64,000 bases of DNA from Octopus vulgaris (GCA_951406725.2 OX597823.1:60822001-60886000), one strand, 5' to 3'. Numbered from the stretch's first letter, positions 1 through 13,818 are shown. The notes: generated from the sequence alone by a model not told the origin. Translations and numbers: made by a program.

Positions 1-34
1 AACTTTGTGAATATATGCATTTACACACACACAT

Positions 35-257
35 TATTCTCTTCTTTTGCTTGTTTTGATCATCTGACTACGGCCCTTCTGGAGCATTGCCTTAATGGTT
101 TTTGTTAGTTGAAATAATTGACCCCCAGGTCTTATTTTTTGTATGCCTAGTACTTATTCTAATCCTCCGTTAAGCTATGGAGGTGTAAACACGCCAACAT
201 CGGTTGTCAAGTGATGGTGGGTGGACAAACACAGACACAAAAACATAAATGCATGCA

Positions 258-304
<47 letters not shown>

Positions 305-470
305 TGACACACACGATGGACTTCATCCAGTTTCTGTCTACCAAATCTATTTACAAGGCTTCAGTCGGCCTGAGGCTATAGAAGACACTTGCCCAAGGTG
401 CCATGCAATGGGACTGAACCTGGAACCATGTGGTTGAGCAGCAAGCTTCTTACCACACTGCCATGCCTGT
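35..470 (-). mobile_element. tRNA-derived SINE, family A (head + internal microsatellite + tail), full length
   Basis: Reverse complement carries A-box-like TGGCAGTGTGG and B-box-like GGTTCAGTCC. The same body recurs about 17 times in the window. Resembles octopus OK/OR-type SINEs (recall). Confidence 0.85.
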
Positions 471-819
471 GTATACACATGCATACACACTAGTTTATGT
501 GTGTCTGTGTTTCCTTGTCCTCAGATGACATGAGAGTGCTAAATGAGTGTCACTGTTATACATAGCAGTGACCTTCCTTTGACATCGTCTATGTAAATAA
601 TGAAATAATACCTGGGAAATAAGTGACTATTGGTGTCAGGAAGGGTACCTACCTGTAAAGAACTTGCTTCAGTGAACTTTAATTCATGAAGCTATGGAAA
701 GGTTGACATTAAAAGTACGTTCTTATATATATATATGCCTAAATTTGTATATGTGTGCATGTATGTGTTTATCTTTTGTGTATATATACTTGTATGCATA
801 TATATATGTGTGTGTGTTT

Positions 820-1635
820 TTTGAAATACTAAAGAGTAAATTTATTCAATAAAATCATCATTGGCTTCAACCAAGGCCTCCAAACAATCTCGGAATATCC
901 TGCAACTCTTCTGAATGTTGTCCTTGTTTAAGTTGGTGAATGCTGCCATAATCTTTGGCTTCAGGTCATCTTTGGTGTTACAAGGAGTTTGTTGGTCTCT
1001 CGCTCAACTGCACTCCACATATAATCAAAGGGGTTGCAGTGTGAGGAGTTAGGTGGCCAAATGTTAGGAGTGGTGTGGTCACAGAAATTGTCTGACAACC
1101 ATGACTGGGTTCTCTTGCTTGTGTGGCATGGTGCAGAGTTCTGTTGCCAAACATAGGGTCTTTCAACAGCCACTCTCTTGACCCAGAACAGCACTAACTC
1201 CTCCAGGCACTTGATGTAAGCCTCCGTGTTGAGTCTGAGGCCATATGGAGGTATAACATGGCTATCACTAGTGATCACTCCAAATACCATGATGTTGACT
1301 GGATGTTTGATTTTTATCACTCCCAGTACATGTCTTCAGATTACTCTGTGCTCAGATTGACCCCCAAACCCTGAAATGTTTTGAGTTCCCAGCGTGTATT
1401 GGAGCTCCCAGTGTGTATTGGAGCTCCTAGTGTGTATTGGAGCTCCTGCTGTGAATGCTAAGCAGTACAGCATGATGTTTCCAAATTTCTGGCAGAGTGA
1501 ACTGTCATGGTACTGTTTTTCTCACAGATGGTGACCAACTGACCCTACTATACTGTTGAGAAAATCAACAACAAACAATGCACATTTGCAAAATTAATAA
1601 TATAATATAGTGACAATTTACCCATTGTATCCTCT
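820..1635 (-). mobile_element. Internally deleted Tc1/mariner (IS630-Tc1) DNA transposon
   Basis: ORF 961-1320 has VWQQNSAPCH (QQDxAPxH) and WPPNSSHCNPFDYMW (WPPxSPDLNPxD), typical DDE/DDD transposase motifs, now decayed. Confidence 0.85.
1383..1448 (+). repeat. 19-bp minisatellite, ~3.5 copies (GAGCTCCCAGTGTGTATTG)
   Basis: Directly visible tandem copies inside the Tc1 remnant. Confidence 0.85.
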
Positions 1636-2064
1636 TTGTGCGCACGCACGCGCGTGTGTATGTGTGTGTGTTGTGAGTGTGTGTGTGTATGTGCTTACAT
1701 ACACACACTTATAAATTCACATGTACTTCCATCCACATATGCATGTGCAAGCACTCACACGCTAATGCACATAGCTATAGCATAGATGCATATATATGGA
1801 AAAAGACATATGTGCATTCATTTCTGGGTCTGCTTACTTGAGGCACTTCTAGAACTTCTGTAAGTTCCATTACCATCATCAGTCCGTTGTTAAAATGTAA
1901 TAACCGCTTAATCAAACTCATTCAATTGATACATATTTATTAATGTTGGAATTTGCCTCTAGCAAATATAATATATCACTATACGTCTGTATATGTTGCT
2001 ACATCGAATCTCTGTATGTATTTATGTTTGTAAATAATGTATAACTTGTGTTTGCATTTTCATG

Positions 2065-2140
<76 letters not shown>

Positions 2141-2879
2141 TACATGTATGTAAATTACATTATAAATTATTCATAAGCACCACCTGATTTTATATACACA
2201 CAAATGAACATGTGTACGTATATACACACAGCCACACACACACACTCATTACTGCAAGTAAACTAGATTCAATAGGTTATTGTATAAAACTACGTTTACA
2301 ATTTTTGAAAAACATTACAGAATAATTGTAACATTATAATTCCTTCATTGTTGCTTTTCTTTTTTGATATTTATTTCAATTGTCACAATTTATTCTAACA
2401 GCTGAATTAAAAATGTCTTAAATTCCGTGAAATAATTCATTGAAGTTGCCTGTAAGTTTTTAAATAGCTTTGTGATCCTCTTATAGTATAATTTGAAATT
2501 AGATAGCTGGTTTTAATAGGCATTTAAAATCATACTATCTTGTGGAATATCTTTCGTTGCTTGCACATTTAAAGTTTTTGCTAAAAAAAAAAAAGGCAAT
2601 GCTTTGTACTTTTTTCATTGTTAGTTATAAATTTGTTAATCATGTAAAAAATGCATAGAAATGTGTGAAAATGTTTTTGTGGATGTGATCGTAGGAAATA
2701 ATAAGAGAGTTTACAATTTAATAAAATAAATTTGCAGTATGCTTTTCATTTTGTTTCTTTTCATCAAATCCTAGAATGATTTGAAATCTGATATTTGCTA
2801 TCAAAAAATTGAAAAAAAAAAAGAAATCTGTTGTGCTCTGTTGCAGCAAATATCTTCAGATCTACTGCAATATCATCCC

Positions 2880-3022
2880 TTAATCCTTTAACATTTAAAC
2901 CGGCATATCCAGCCCCAATATTCTATCTGAATAGCTATGAGATTATGCATGATTTATTTATTCAAGACAGGGTGTGTTAATGAGCATTATATATGACAGA
3001 ATAATCTGACTGCTAAAAGGTG
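2880..3022 (-). mobile_element. Partial TTAA-flanked MITE (same family as 40306-40533)
   Basis: Shares blocks with the 47037-47260 copy (TTTAACATTTAAAC, ATAATCTGA). Confidence 0.6.
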
Positions 3023-3044
3023 ATATAACACTACTGATAATAAT

Positions 3045-3420
3045 AATGGTTTCTGACCTAGGCACAAAGCCAGCAAAGGGAGTTAGTCAACACCCAATAC
3101 TTGACAGGTACTCAATTTTATTGACCCCACTGAGATGAAAAATAAAGTTGACATCAACAGGATTTGAACTCAGACTGTAAAATGTGAGAAATACAACACC
3201 ACCAGGCATCTTTTGCGACATTCTAACGATTGTGCCATTCCACCATCTGTGGTAATGTTTTCTACTATAGCCACAAGGAAATTTTGGGAGAGTGGGGTTT
3301 GTTGATTACATTGACCCCAGTACCTGACTGGTACGTATTTTGTTGGCACCAAAAGGGTGAAATTTAAAGTTGATCTTGGAGGAACTTGAAATGTAAAGCT
3401 GGAAGAAATGCCTATAAGTG
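3045..3420 (-). mobile_element. Two adjacent degenerate SINE family B copies (Nin-domain-like)
   Basis: Reverse complement of the family B blocks seen at 57000-57600 (GAGTTCAAAT, GGGGTCAATA, GTACC). Confidence 0.7.
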
Positions 3421-3424
3421 TTTT

Positions 3425-3739
3425 CTCATTAGACTATGGCCATCCTGCGGCACTATCTTGAATTTTTAGTTGGACCGCTAAGTTACAGGGAAATAAATAG
3501 TAAATACCAACACTAGGTGTCAAGTGGCAGTGGAAGACAAAGACAAACACATTAACACACACAACCACACATATATATGACGGGTTTCTTTCAATTTCCA
3601 TCTACCAAATCCACTCACAAGGCTTTGGTTGGCCCAAGGCTATAGTAGAATACTATTACCCTAGGTGACATGCAGTGGGACTGAGCCTGGACGCATAAGG
3701 TTGAGTACCAAGCTTCTTAACACATCACTTTGCCTGTGT

Positions 3740-3740
<1 letters not shown>
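3425..3740 (-). mobile_element. SINE family A
   Basis: CTACCAAATCCACTCACAAGGCTTTGG...GGGACTGA...CTTCTTAACAC. Confidence 0.8.
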
Positions 3741-3780
<40 letters not shown>

Positions 3781-3818
3781 ATGATGATGATGATAATATA
3801 TACGCACACACTCACACA

Positions 3819-3861
<43 letters not shown>

Positions 3862-3969
3862 ATATATACATGTAGATGTGTGTGTATGTGTGTATATATC
3901 ATCATCATCATTTAATGTATGTTATCCATGCTAGCATGTATATATATATATACACACACACATACACAC

Positions 3970-4130
3970 AATAGGCTTCTTTCAGTTTCTGTCTACCAAA
4001 TCCACTCACAAGGCTTTGGTTGGTCCAAACCTATTGTAGAAGACATTTGCTCAAGGTGCTAGGCATTGGGACTGAACCCAGAACCATGTGATTGGGAAGC
4101 AAGGTTCTTATCGCACAGCCATACTTACCC
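3970..4130 (-). mobile_element. SINE family A, head region only
   Basis: Same diagnostic blocks as the other copies. Confidence 0.8.
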
Positions 4131-4449
4131 CTATGCTAATGATCCTGCTAGTTCACTACCTTTCTCCCTTTGCTCTTAATAATAAAAATAATGATTTTTT
4201 AGATTTTATTTTAAATGGGTGCTTAGACAATTTTTGTGGAATGGCTAATAAAGTTGAATCAGTTGCAGACCTCTAATTGGAATTTATTTTATCGAAATTC
4301 TGGGAATGCATTAGACCAGTTACTGTAGAACATATATAGTCAGTTTCCTGTTCATATTAAATATAAATATATTCTTGTAGTTATTAAGAAAAAAAAAAAA
4401 GATTTATTAACTACATGTGAAGTCAGTTTTATATTAAAAAATTAATGAT

Positions 4450-4665
4450 AATCCTTTTTACTATAGGCACAAGGCCTGAAATTTTGGGGGAGAGGATAAG
4501 TCGCTTACATTGACCCCAGTGTATAACTGATATTTATTTCATCAACCCTGAAAGGATGAAAGGCAAAGTTGACCTCAGCGGAATTTGAACTCAGAATGTA
4601 AAGATGGACAAAATACTGCTTAGCATTTTGCCCGGCATGCTAATGATTCTGCCAGCTCACCACCT
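4450..4665 (-). mobile_element. SINE family B, near full length
   Basis: Reverse complement reads GGTGTGAGCTGGCAGAATCATTAGCA...GAGTTCAAATTCCGCTGAGGTCAACTTTGCCTTTCATCCTTTC. Confidence 0.85.
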
Positions 4666-4776
4666 TATTATAAAAAATAATAACAATAATAATAAGAAGA
4701 AGAAGCAAAGATAAAAGAATGACTTCTAATTTAGGCCCAGGCCTAGCAATTTTGAGAAGAGGGATTAGATTTAAAC

Positions 4777-5008
4777 CAATGATTCTCAGTTGTTTTTGCC
4801 TTTGGTTCCCTTTTCCTCTTTTTCACTCAGGTGGACCCTCCTAGCCATTCGATGTTTAAAAAAGATTATACTTTATTTTTATTAAATATTTTTACAAATT
4901 GAAAAAAAAAAATTATTAAAACATTTTGTGGATTGTAGAAATATAACCAATTTATTGCATATTATATGGACCCCCAAGGGCCATATGAACTCTGGTTGAG
5001 AATATCTG
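4777..5008. mobile_element. hAT-like MITE inserted into a family B SINE
   Basis: Imperfect TIRs CAATGATTCTCA...TTGAGAATATCTG; flanks ATTTAAAC/GTTTAAAG match 6 of 8 as a TSD; SINE halves lie on either side (4725-4770, 5010-5130). Confidence 0.65.
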
Positions 5009-5419
5009 GTTTAAAGCATCAACTTCAATAAACTGGTAGTTTATTTTATCAACCATGGAAGAATGAAAGATAAAATGACCTTGGTAGGATTTGAACTCTG
5101 AACACAGAGAAGAAATCCCCACTAATGATCCTGTCAATCTACTATCCAAATTATTAAGTTATAACATTAAAAAATCTTATTTAGGGAGTGATTTCTTTCA
5201 AGTTCATACTTTCATAAGGTTGTTAACAATTTCAAGTTAAGTCATTTTATTACAATAATTACGATTTTAAATGCTAATAAATACTTGATTTTTATGTCTT
5301 TTTACTATCTCTGTATTTAGGCTGTACCTATTACTGTATGTGTGTCAGTGAAATTTTACAATTTTTACAAATTGCATGTAGAAATATTTTGTTTGAAATA
5401 TAGTAATTTAATGTATTAA

Positions 5420-5760
5420 ACGCAGGCATGATTTTGTGATAAGAAGTTTTCTTTCCAACCACTAGGTTCCAATTTGTGGCACCTTGGGCAAGTGTCTTTT
5501 ACTATAGCTATGGGCCAACCAAAGCCTTCTGAGTGGATTTGGTAGAAAGGTACTGAAAGAAGCTTGTCATGTATGTGTGTGTGTTTGTGTTTGTCCCCCA
5601 TCACTGATTGACAATTGGTGGTGGCTTGTTTATATCTCCACAACTTAGCAATCTGGCAGAAGAGACTGATAGAATAAATACCAGGCTTAAAAAAAAAAAA
5701 TAAGTGGTGCCCCAGCATGGCCACAGACCAGTCACTGAAACAAGTAAAAGGTAAAGAAAA
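5420..5760 (+). mobile_element. SINE family A, forward
   Basis: GGCACCTTGGGCAAGTGTC...GAGTGGATTTGGTAG...CAGCATGGCCACAG...CTGAAACAAGTAAAAG. Confidence 0.85.
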
Positions 5761-8585
5761 GATTTTAAAAATCAGAAGGATGTAATCTACTCACTTTTAC
5801 CTTTGAAATGCAACATTTTATGAAGATAAAACAAAACAAAGCAAAAAAAAAAAAGAAAAAATATTTAGTTTACGCTATACTATTAAAAAAACTAAACAAA
5901 AACTAGCTGAAACTATTTATTTATGAAGCAGTCTCTTCCGTGCCTAAGAGGAATCAGACATAACAATACATTAGAAATAGTGTGATTAAAGAAATAGCAA
6001 CAGATGTATTTCTTACACATCGCTAATATGTCATTGTTTTCTGTCCTTGTTATTTTGTTTCATTTGAAAATTTATCATCATTGAAAACTTGAATAATTCT
6101 GATGAGATTGATTCTATTTCACCTGAAAATGGTTAATTAAATCTTCAACTTGTATTTAGTAAATTTGTTTCTGATGATGTGTTTAGTTTCCATTACAAAA
6201 ATAATATACAAATACAAATGTAAAATTTCTATATCTTAACAAATCCTGTCCTTTTCTTTCCGTTTATGAGCTTGGCAGTTTTAATGTTAACCAACTTGTC
6301 ATTTAAAATGAATAAAAGGGAATTTATGGTTGTTATATTTTTATCATTTTTAAAAATAATATTTTATTGTTATTTTTCTAGTAATTAAGAGTGTTTATTT
6401 GAGTTTAGCCAATTAGTTTCTACTATGAAAGCTTATGAAAAATTTTTTTTTTGCTGTGTATATAAGTTGCTACAGATGAAAGAAGAAGCTAATTATTAAC
6501 TTAATAATACCAGCTGTAGATTTTACTAGAACTTTAAACATGTACAAATTAACAGGAATTTTGTATAATTTATCTAAATTTCAAAAAGAAAATGACTAGC
6601 TGTCTTTTGTCTTTTGAAAAGAAAACTTAAATAAAAAAAAACCCCCAGTAAATAAAGTTGTGATGATTTTAAATACTGTCTCACCTATTTTGCTGTTTAT
6701 TTGTTTTGTAAATATTATTTTAATTGAAGCTGTTTTAAGATGATGAATTTGGAAAAGAGCACTTGTCCTTCCCTATTAATTATTTATCATTTCAATTTCA
6801 TCCCAACTTATTGCTTATAAGACATCGCACTATGCTTCACAAATTATTCTATACCTCATTTAAATTGAAGCTTGTAGCCCTTTTGACAGCACTCCTCTAA
6901 GGCTGTCTGATTGCCTTAGGTTTTATAATGCAAAACCTCCAGTTTTAAAGTGTTAATAGTCAAGTAAAAACCTTCAATCATAGCACTAAGAACTGGTTGC
7001 TGTGTTTGAAATCTTATCTTAATTAAATAAAAGTTATTTAGCTAAACCCTTCTGTATTCAAGTTTATATGATTATTAAATTAAATATAATACACAGCAGG
7101 TAGTATACTTTGTTTGAAATATGATCACCAGAGCATTTTAAGTTTACATAAGAAAGCGTACACGCACACACATACACATCTGCAAGAGAACATTGCTGAT
7201 AAGTATGTTTTGATTGATGTATTGATACTGCTTCTACTGCTGCTTACTTATACATTGTTGCTGTAGTCTCCTCTAGAACATATACAATCTAAGCATGACT
7301 TCATGAAACACTTATAAAAAAAGGAAAAAAGAAAAAAAAAGGATAGAAAGACTATTGAAATGCTTCATATGTCTATGTAAAAATTTATATTCTTTCATTT
7401 GTCCCGAATGTATTCAGTGTTATATCGTCTAATACAAACTGGAATATTAAGGTTTGTTATATTAATGTTACAGCTGTCTCATGAAATACTGTTTTTAGTC
7501 TCAATGAATGATTGAGGAAGATAAAACATAAAAATTATAGATTTCTTATACATTCTATGGTGTGCCTGCCTAAACATTAATTTTTTTCCTCTACGTTCTA
7601 TACCTTTAAAATAGTAATCGCAGATTTTTTGAAACATGTTGTGAAAGTATTAATTTTAATTAGCTTTATTTTTTTTAATTATAATTTTAATAAGCTTTCT
7701 AACTTTATCATATGTAACATGATAACATGGCTCTTTAATATTACAAACAAAATACTTCAAAATTATTTTCAACACCAAATCGTTGATGTATTTTTTTTAT
7801 TATTATTCATTAACCTGTGAATGACAGTTTTGTTTTTCTTTCTTTTTTAAAGATCTGTAATTCTGTTTAAAAATTGAATTATGTACAGTCTTAGATATCT
7901 TATTGATCTTGTTAAAGTTACTAGAAGCTTTGAGAGAAGAAGAAAAGGAAAACAAAAACAAAAAACAATCATCCAAGACAGTAATGACTTTGAATGATTT
8001 AAGCGAAAATAGTGTGTAAATGATACAGAACTTTAGCAGTTTGCTGTACATTTGCTGTGTTGTTTTAATTATTTCTAATCATTCACCTCAAAATGCACAG
8101 AAATTGCAAGGTATATATAGCAGACTGAACTTAGTTTAATTAATATTCCCTGGCAGTTCCACGTTAACGAATCTACCTAAGGCTACTTTCACAGAGTCCT
8201 TTTGTCTGAAGATTATTACGACATTTACTTAATATCATAACTACAACATCAAGGAATAGCTTTCAGGTATTGACAGAGAGGGTGTGAAAAGACAAAAAAA
8301 AATGTAAATTTGTCTTATTTTCAAATTATAGCATAGTTGGCTTTACTCACATCATTAGTTTGAGAGGAAGAATTTACTTCGCTTTGATTGCATCTGGCCT
8401 CACCTTAAATATAACATTGCTATTTTTTTTTTAATACATTTCTTTCTCTCCTCTACTCAAGTTTGATGTCTCTTTCAAAATCATCTCCTAGTTGTCTACA
8501 CATCCAGTTCTTTGTTCTGAGGAATATGGAACTCTCTCTATTTCTGCTTAAACATGTTGCTTAAATATCATGAAATGATTTAAAT

Positions 8586-8650
<65 letters not shown>

Positions 8651-11507
8651 ATATTAAAAACATGTAACTTTCTACATTTATATATTATTCCTTTCAAAGA
8701 AAGTCTTAGTTGTGAAAGGGATATTCCAGACATCTGTGGTTTTTAAGTTTTGCTCCAAAGTAAGTAAATGCAAGTCTGTGTCAGTATGTGTATATATGCA
8801 TGTGTGTATATCTGTGTATCTTTGTGTGTCTGTATGTATGTGGTTCTCAGTTTGTGTATGTGTGTGTGCTTTTGTGTATCTGTGTTTGGATGTCTCTGTG
8901 TATGTATGTGTATGTATGTGTGTGTGCGATGTAATTTCTTTAAGTTTTTTATCTCTGTCATTCCATAATTTTATGAACCAAACAACTTAAATACTGAAAG
9001 CATTTCAAGACAGTGATCAAAATAGTTATTTCATTTGCCTAAAATGAACAAAATTTTTCATGAAGGCAAAGTTTTTTGATTCAGGAAATAAATTCATATT
9101 TCAAAATCTATTATTCTTTCTATAAAACTATCAAATATTGTAATCAGCAAAGAGTTTAAAGTCCTTTGTTGATTACATTTATTTACTTCCTTCTAAATTA
9201 ACAATTTCATGCATACATTTAGACTATTTTTCTGCATTGGTATGAATCATTTGGAAAATTATTCATTAAAGTGAAAGTTTCAGAGAAGTGGCTGTTGAAA
9301 AAAAAAACCTTTTCTATTTGGAAAATAGAAAGTGAATCCTTACTTTCAGAAATATTTTCTGAGAACAGGAGCTGTTTTAACAAGTTATATATTTATTTGT
9401 GTGAAGGTAAAACCATAGCTATGACATTAATGAAAACAGTTCTTTTGATTTCAGTGTGTAAATATTCATTTTACTTTGCAGTGTATTTTTCTTTAAATTT
9501 AATATCTTTACAGTGTGAAATATATTTTGATCAGAACACACACATGCAGACTAAAACAATTCTATTTAAAATACTTATAGATATTTTATACATAGTTTTG
9601 ATTTTATAGATAAAGGCCAACTAGAAATAGAAAGGAAATTGTATTAATAAGTGTTCTATTTATACACCATTTTAATAGAAATACCTTGAAAAGTTTATTG
9701 ATCATGACATAGGGGTTAAAATCATTATTGTTGTTGTAACAATTACTAAAATCTGCTCCAAGTTTCTATTAACTTCTTTTTTTTTTCTTTTTTAATGTTG
9801 ATAAATTTTTATTGTTATTCTTGTGGTAGTATTGCTAATATTTCTGGTGCAGGCTTTTTTTTTTTTGAGGATTTTATCTGTCTATTTGTTGTTGAAGAAT
9901 TCATGGTGGCTGCTCTTCATAGATTATATAGTTTTGTCATGAATTAATTTTAATCCACTTGAATAATATGATAAAGAATTGAAATAATTTAGTTGATAAA
10001 TTTTATGTGGAATTATTTTGCTCTACTTCATTAATCTTTGAATTTGAAATCCAAGATGTTTCTAGTTTAAAAAAAAAAAGGTAAAATTTATAGTTGTAAT
10101 TTAAATGGATAAAATGTAAATGTGACTTTATTTTTATTTTATTGCAAGAAAACTACTTTCCATAGGATTATTTTTGTTTTCCTTTTCTACTTGTAATAAT
10201 TTTAGATATTCAAGATATTACATCAATCAGCTGCCATAAAGCTTTTGACATCTGTATCTAGTAGTTGCACTTTGTGAGGCTTCATCAGTCATTTTACTTA
10301 TGTCTTTAAACACCTTTGTGTCCTGTTAAAATTTATATTAATTGTTTTGCACTTTAGAACCATACCAGATGCATCAAGTCATTTTGTAAATTCTTCCTCA
10401 TCACTTTACAAGTTTCCTACACTGATATGAGTTAGAAGTATCTTCTGAACAAGTTCTCCCTATTCACTCTTAACCATTTTCATTTCGACAAAATGATCCA
10501 ATTTAACTGCAACATTTAAAATTTCTCCATGGTCTAACTCTAATTTACCTTTCCATGTTCAACTTTCTGCACTTTTTCCACTCGATATATAACATTCTTT
10601 TGAAAGTTTTGCAATAATTAAGATACATACCAATATGTCCCTCAATATCTGCACTGAAAAAAAAAGTACAAATAAAAAAAAAGGGAAATAGAAACAAAAA
10701 AAAAAGAAGAGAAATTGATTAAAATCTAGAGATGCTTTAAAAATCAATTTCCCATTAGAATAAAATTTCAATATTTCGTTTTTTTAAAAAAAAGTAAATT
10801 TCATTCGCTAATTTTAAATATAAAGTTAAGTGTTCTCCTTAATTTTAAAGTGATATTTTATATTCATTTTTGTCAGAAAGAAAATTTAAAGATTAATAAT
10901 AAACATACATTGCATTCAATAGAGGCTTACTAATTTTAATATTTGGTATCCTTATGAAGTAGAAGACCTCAGGCACAACAATATTTATATGCTAACAAAA
11001 TCACTACATTTTTTTTTATAGGCATCTCATTATTTTAAATTATTTATCATACAGCTTGAAGTCAGGTAGTTTACGATCGTTATAGTTTTCTGTTAGGCTG
11101 GCCGTCAGATATAAAGTTTGTTTGTTTCTCATTTGTCTTAAATTTCATTTATGTATAATTTTAATAAAAGACTTTTATTACTGCTACTACTACTACTATT
11201 ATTATCACTACTACTGTTGCTACTCTGTGAAATGCAAAAGAATGTTGCTGTTGTATCTCTAAAACGTTCACTTTGATGAATGAACTTTTCAGAGCATTTA
11301 ATGTGCAGACTATAGTTACACATGCACATACGCACACACACACACGCATGTACTTATATATTATACACAAACACGCATACAGTTAAAAAATGAGCTTATC
11401 AAACATAAATAATAATGATGTTGATACTGAAGCATATTGCAAACCTGTAACTGTTTCCGAGTCTAAGTACTGTGATGATTTTATACATAGAAAAACAAAA
11501 GCATATA

Positions 11508-11553
<46 letters not shown>

Positions 11554-11557
<4 letters not shown>

Positions 11558-11700
11558 TGTGTGGTTAGGGACCTTGCTTCCTAGCTACATGGTTTCGGGT
11601 TCAGTCCCACTGCGTGGCACTTTGGGTAGGTGTCTTCCACTATACCCTCGAGCCGACCGGAGCTTTGTGATTGAATTCGGTAGGTGGGAGTTACTGCCGT
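11554..11700 (+). mobile_element. SINE family A head, forward
   Basis: TGGCTGTGTGG A box, GGTTCAGTCC B box, GGCACTTTGGGTAGGTGTC. Confidence 0.85.
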
Positions 11701-11776
11701 GTGTGTATGTGTGCATATAGCTGCTCAGTGCCTCTCCGAAAGAGAGAGAGGGATATATATAGATAGATAGATAGAT

Positions 11777-11819
<43 letters not shown>

Positions 11820-11820
<1 letters not shown>

Positions 11821-12147
11821 ATTTTAGTTGCACAAATTGACCTCAAAACTTTTTTTTTTTAAAGCCTAGTATTTATTTTATCACTCTCTTTTGCTAAACT
11901 GCTGAGTTACGGGGATGTAAATACACCAAAATTGGTTGTCAAGCAGTAATGGGGGACAAACGCAGACACAAAGACACACATATAAATATATACATATATA
12001 CGATGGGCTTCTTTCAGTTTCCATCTACCAGATCAGCTAACAAGGCTTTGGCTAGTCCAAGGCTATAGTTGGAGACACTTGCTCAAGGTGCCACACGGTG
12101 GGACTGAACCCAGAACCATGTGGTTTGGAAGTAAGCTTCTTACCATA
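11820..12147 (-). mobile_element. SINE family A
   Basis: Tail, microsatellite and head blocks in reverse orientation. Confidence 0.85.
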
Positions 12148-12171
12148 TACACACACGCACATATATACATG

Positions 12172-12222
<51 letters not shown>

Positions 12223-13818
12223 GTGTGTGTGTGTGTATTTATATCATGTAGGTAAAAGCAAGAATTTCGTAAGGAGGTTGATATTAGTATTGCTGTGTTT
12301 TTATACTGTGTTATAAGAGCATGTAATTTCATGTTCAAAAGGTATTCCTCTGAGTCTAGGAATGAAATGTTTACTGTTTTTTTTCTTCAAGTGAGATATA
12401 ACAATGAAATAATCTAAATGCATACTATATATTCAGGCCATATGTCTATCTTTACGGCTTGTCCTTGTTAGCTGATGCTAATAAAGAGATTGAAATGCTT
12501 CCTAAATCAGTTTTAACTCATGCGCTCTTGACTTTTATTAAACATTTCAGGAAATAATTTATAGTTTGAAATTGGTTTAATTAAAATTATTAAAGTCCTC
12601 ACAAAAAAATTTTTACATTTTTTTCTTGTAATATTTCTCTCTTTTCATTCTAATAGTGGTTAAATAGCTTTAAGCTACTAGTGTAACAAATATAATGATG
12701 AATAAAAGCAAAATAAAAGGAAGTAAAAAAAAAAAAAAGAAAAGAACATAGAAATCAATCTCCAGCACTAAGTTGTCTGCTCATCATCAGTGTTCCATTT
12801 GAAGAATTCTCTATCATCTTCTGTAAATCTTCTTTGCTTCTTGTGCAAATGAACTCTACATCCACACGGATACCAATCAACCTACCAAATTCTCCTCTTT
12901 TGCCTTTACCGACATTGTGTGTGTGTGTGTGTGTGTGCGCGCACTTTTACCCTTCTCTTTGTATATAAATTCTTTGTTACACTTTGTCTGCTAACTTTTT
13001 TTTTACTTACTTCCATAAAACCAAGCCTATTCATATTAACCATGTCTCAGTTTTAAATCTCAGTTACTGTGGGAGCAGGTCTCTTTTTAAATATGAAACT
13101 TTCATGCAACCACAATGTCACAATATCTGACTGATTCTGCCTTAGCATACTAAAACTCCTACTATTACAAAATATATACTCTTATGTTACTGTCTTATAA
13201 TTTGCACAAGCAACATTTCCAGGTAATGCCTTCTGCCATGAATTTCATTGAATTACAAGTAAATTGGCCCTTAGAAATTGCAGAGGAATAAATGGAAGAT
13301 ATTTTAATTTGATAAAAAACAATACTGGTCCAATATTTAGTATGATATAGTATAGACCTATAATAAAGTTTAGTGTAAGAAACAACTCAACTGCCTTGGC
13401 TAGAAAGGTTTACTTTCCAATAGTGAATGTTACTGATGCTGTGAGCATCAACTTGTGATAATTTTTTTTTTTCTGTAGGAAATGGTAAATCTTTATTTCA
13501 CTATATTTCTTACAAAAACGTCTAAGCAGTATTATTAATGCAGAGAAAACAATAACAAAAAGTAAGGTACTAAAACACTAAAATCTCTGCTAATTTCTTC
13601 TTTATGTCCTATTTTAATCATTTTACAATTTAGGATAATCTTAGCCATTTTATTTTTACGTAACCAAGAAACCAAATACCAGTAGCATATTTTATTTTAA
13701 ATAAACTAAAATACAGAAGAAAATGTCTGGTCATTTGGAATCATCACTTGTTGTAAAATTGTCTTGTATTGCAAATCAATCTGGATTTATTTGTACATCA
13801 GAAAAATAATGCCTCCTT

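Noticed and set aside
1383-1448. CRISPR-like array
   Set aside because: Contiguous tandem repeats without unique spacers, in a eukaryotic transposon.
2402-2451. 50-nt exon (CAG...GTAAGT); similar cases at 14214-14250 and 25904-26048
   Set aside because: They have stops in all frames or lengths not divisible by three; indistinguishable from chance or cryptic sites without RNA data.
6099-6150. CTGATGA...GAAA hammerhead-like spacing
   Set aside because: No credible stem II, and stems I and III are only 3 bp.
12760-12890. Purine-rich, coding-like minus-strand stretch
   Set aside because: Short open frames with no recognisable motif or flanking splice signals.
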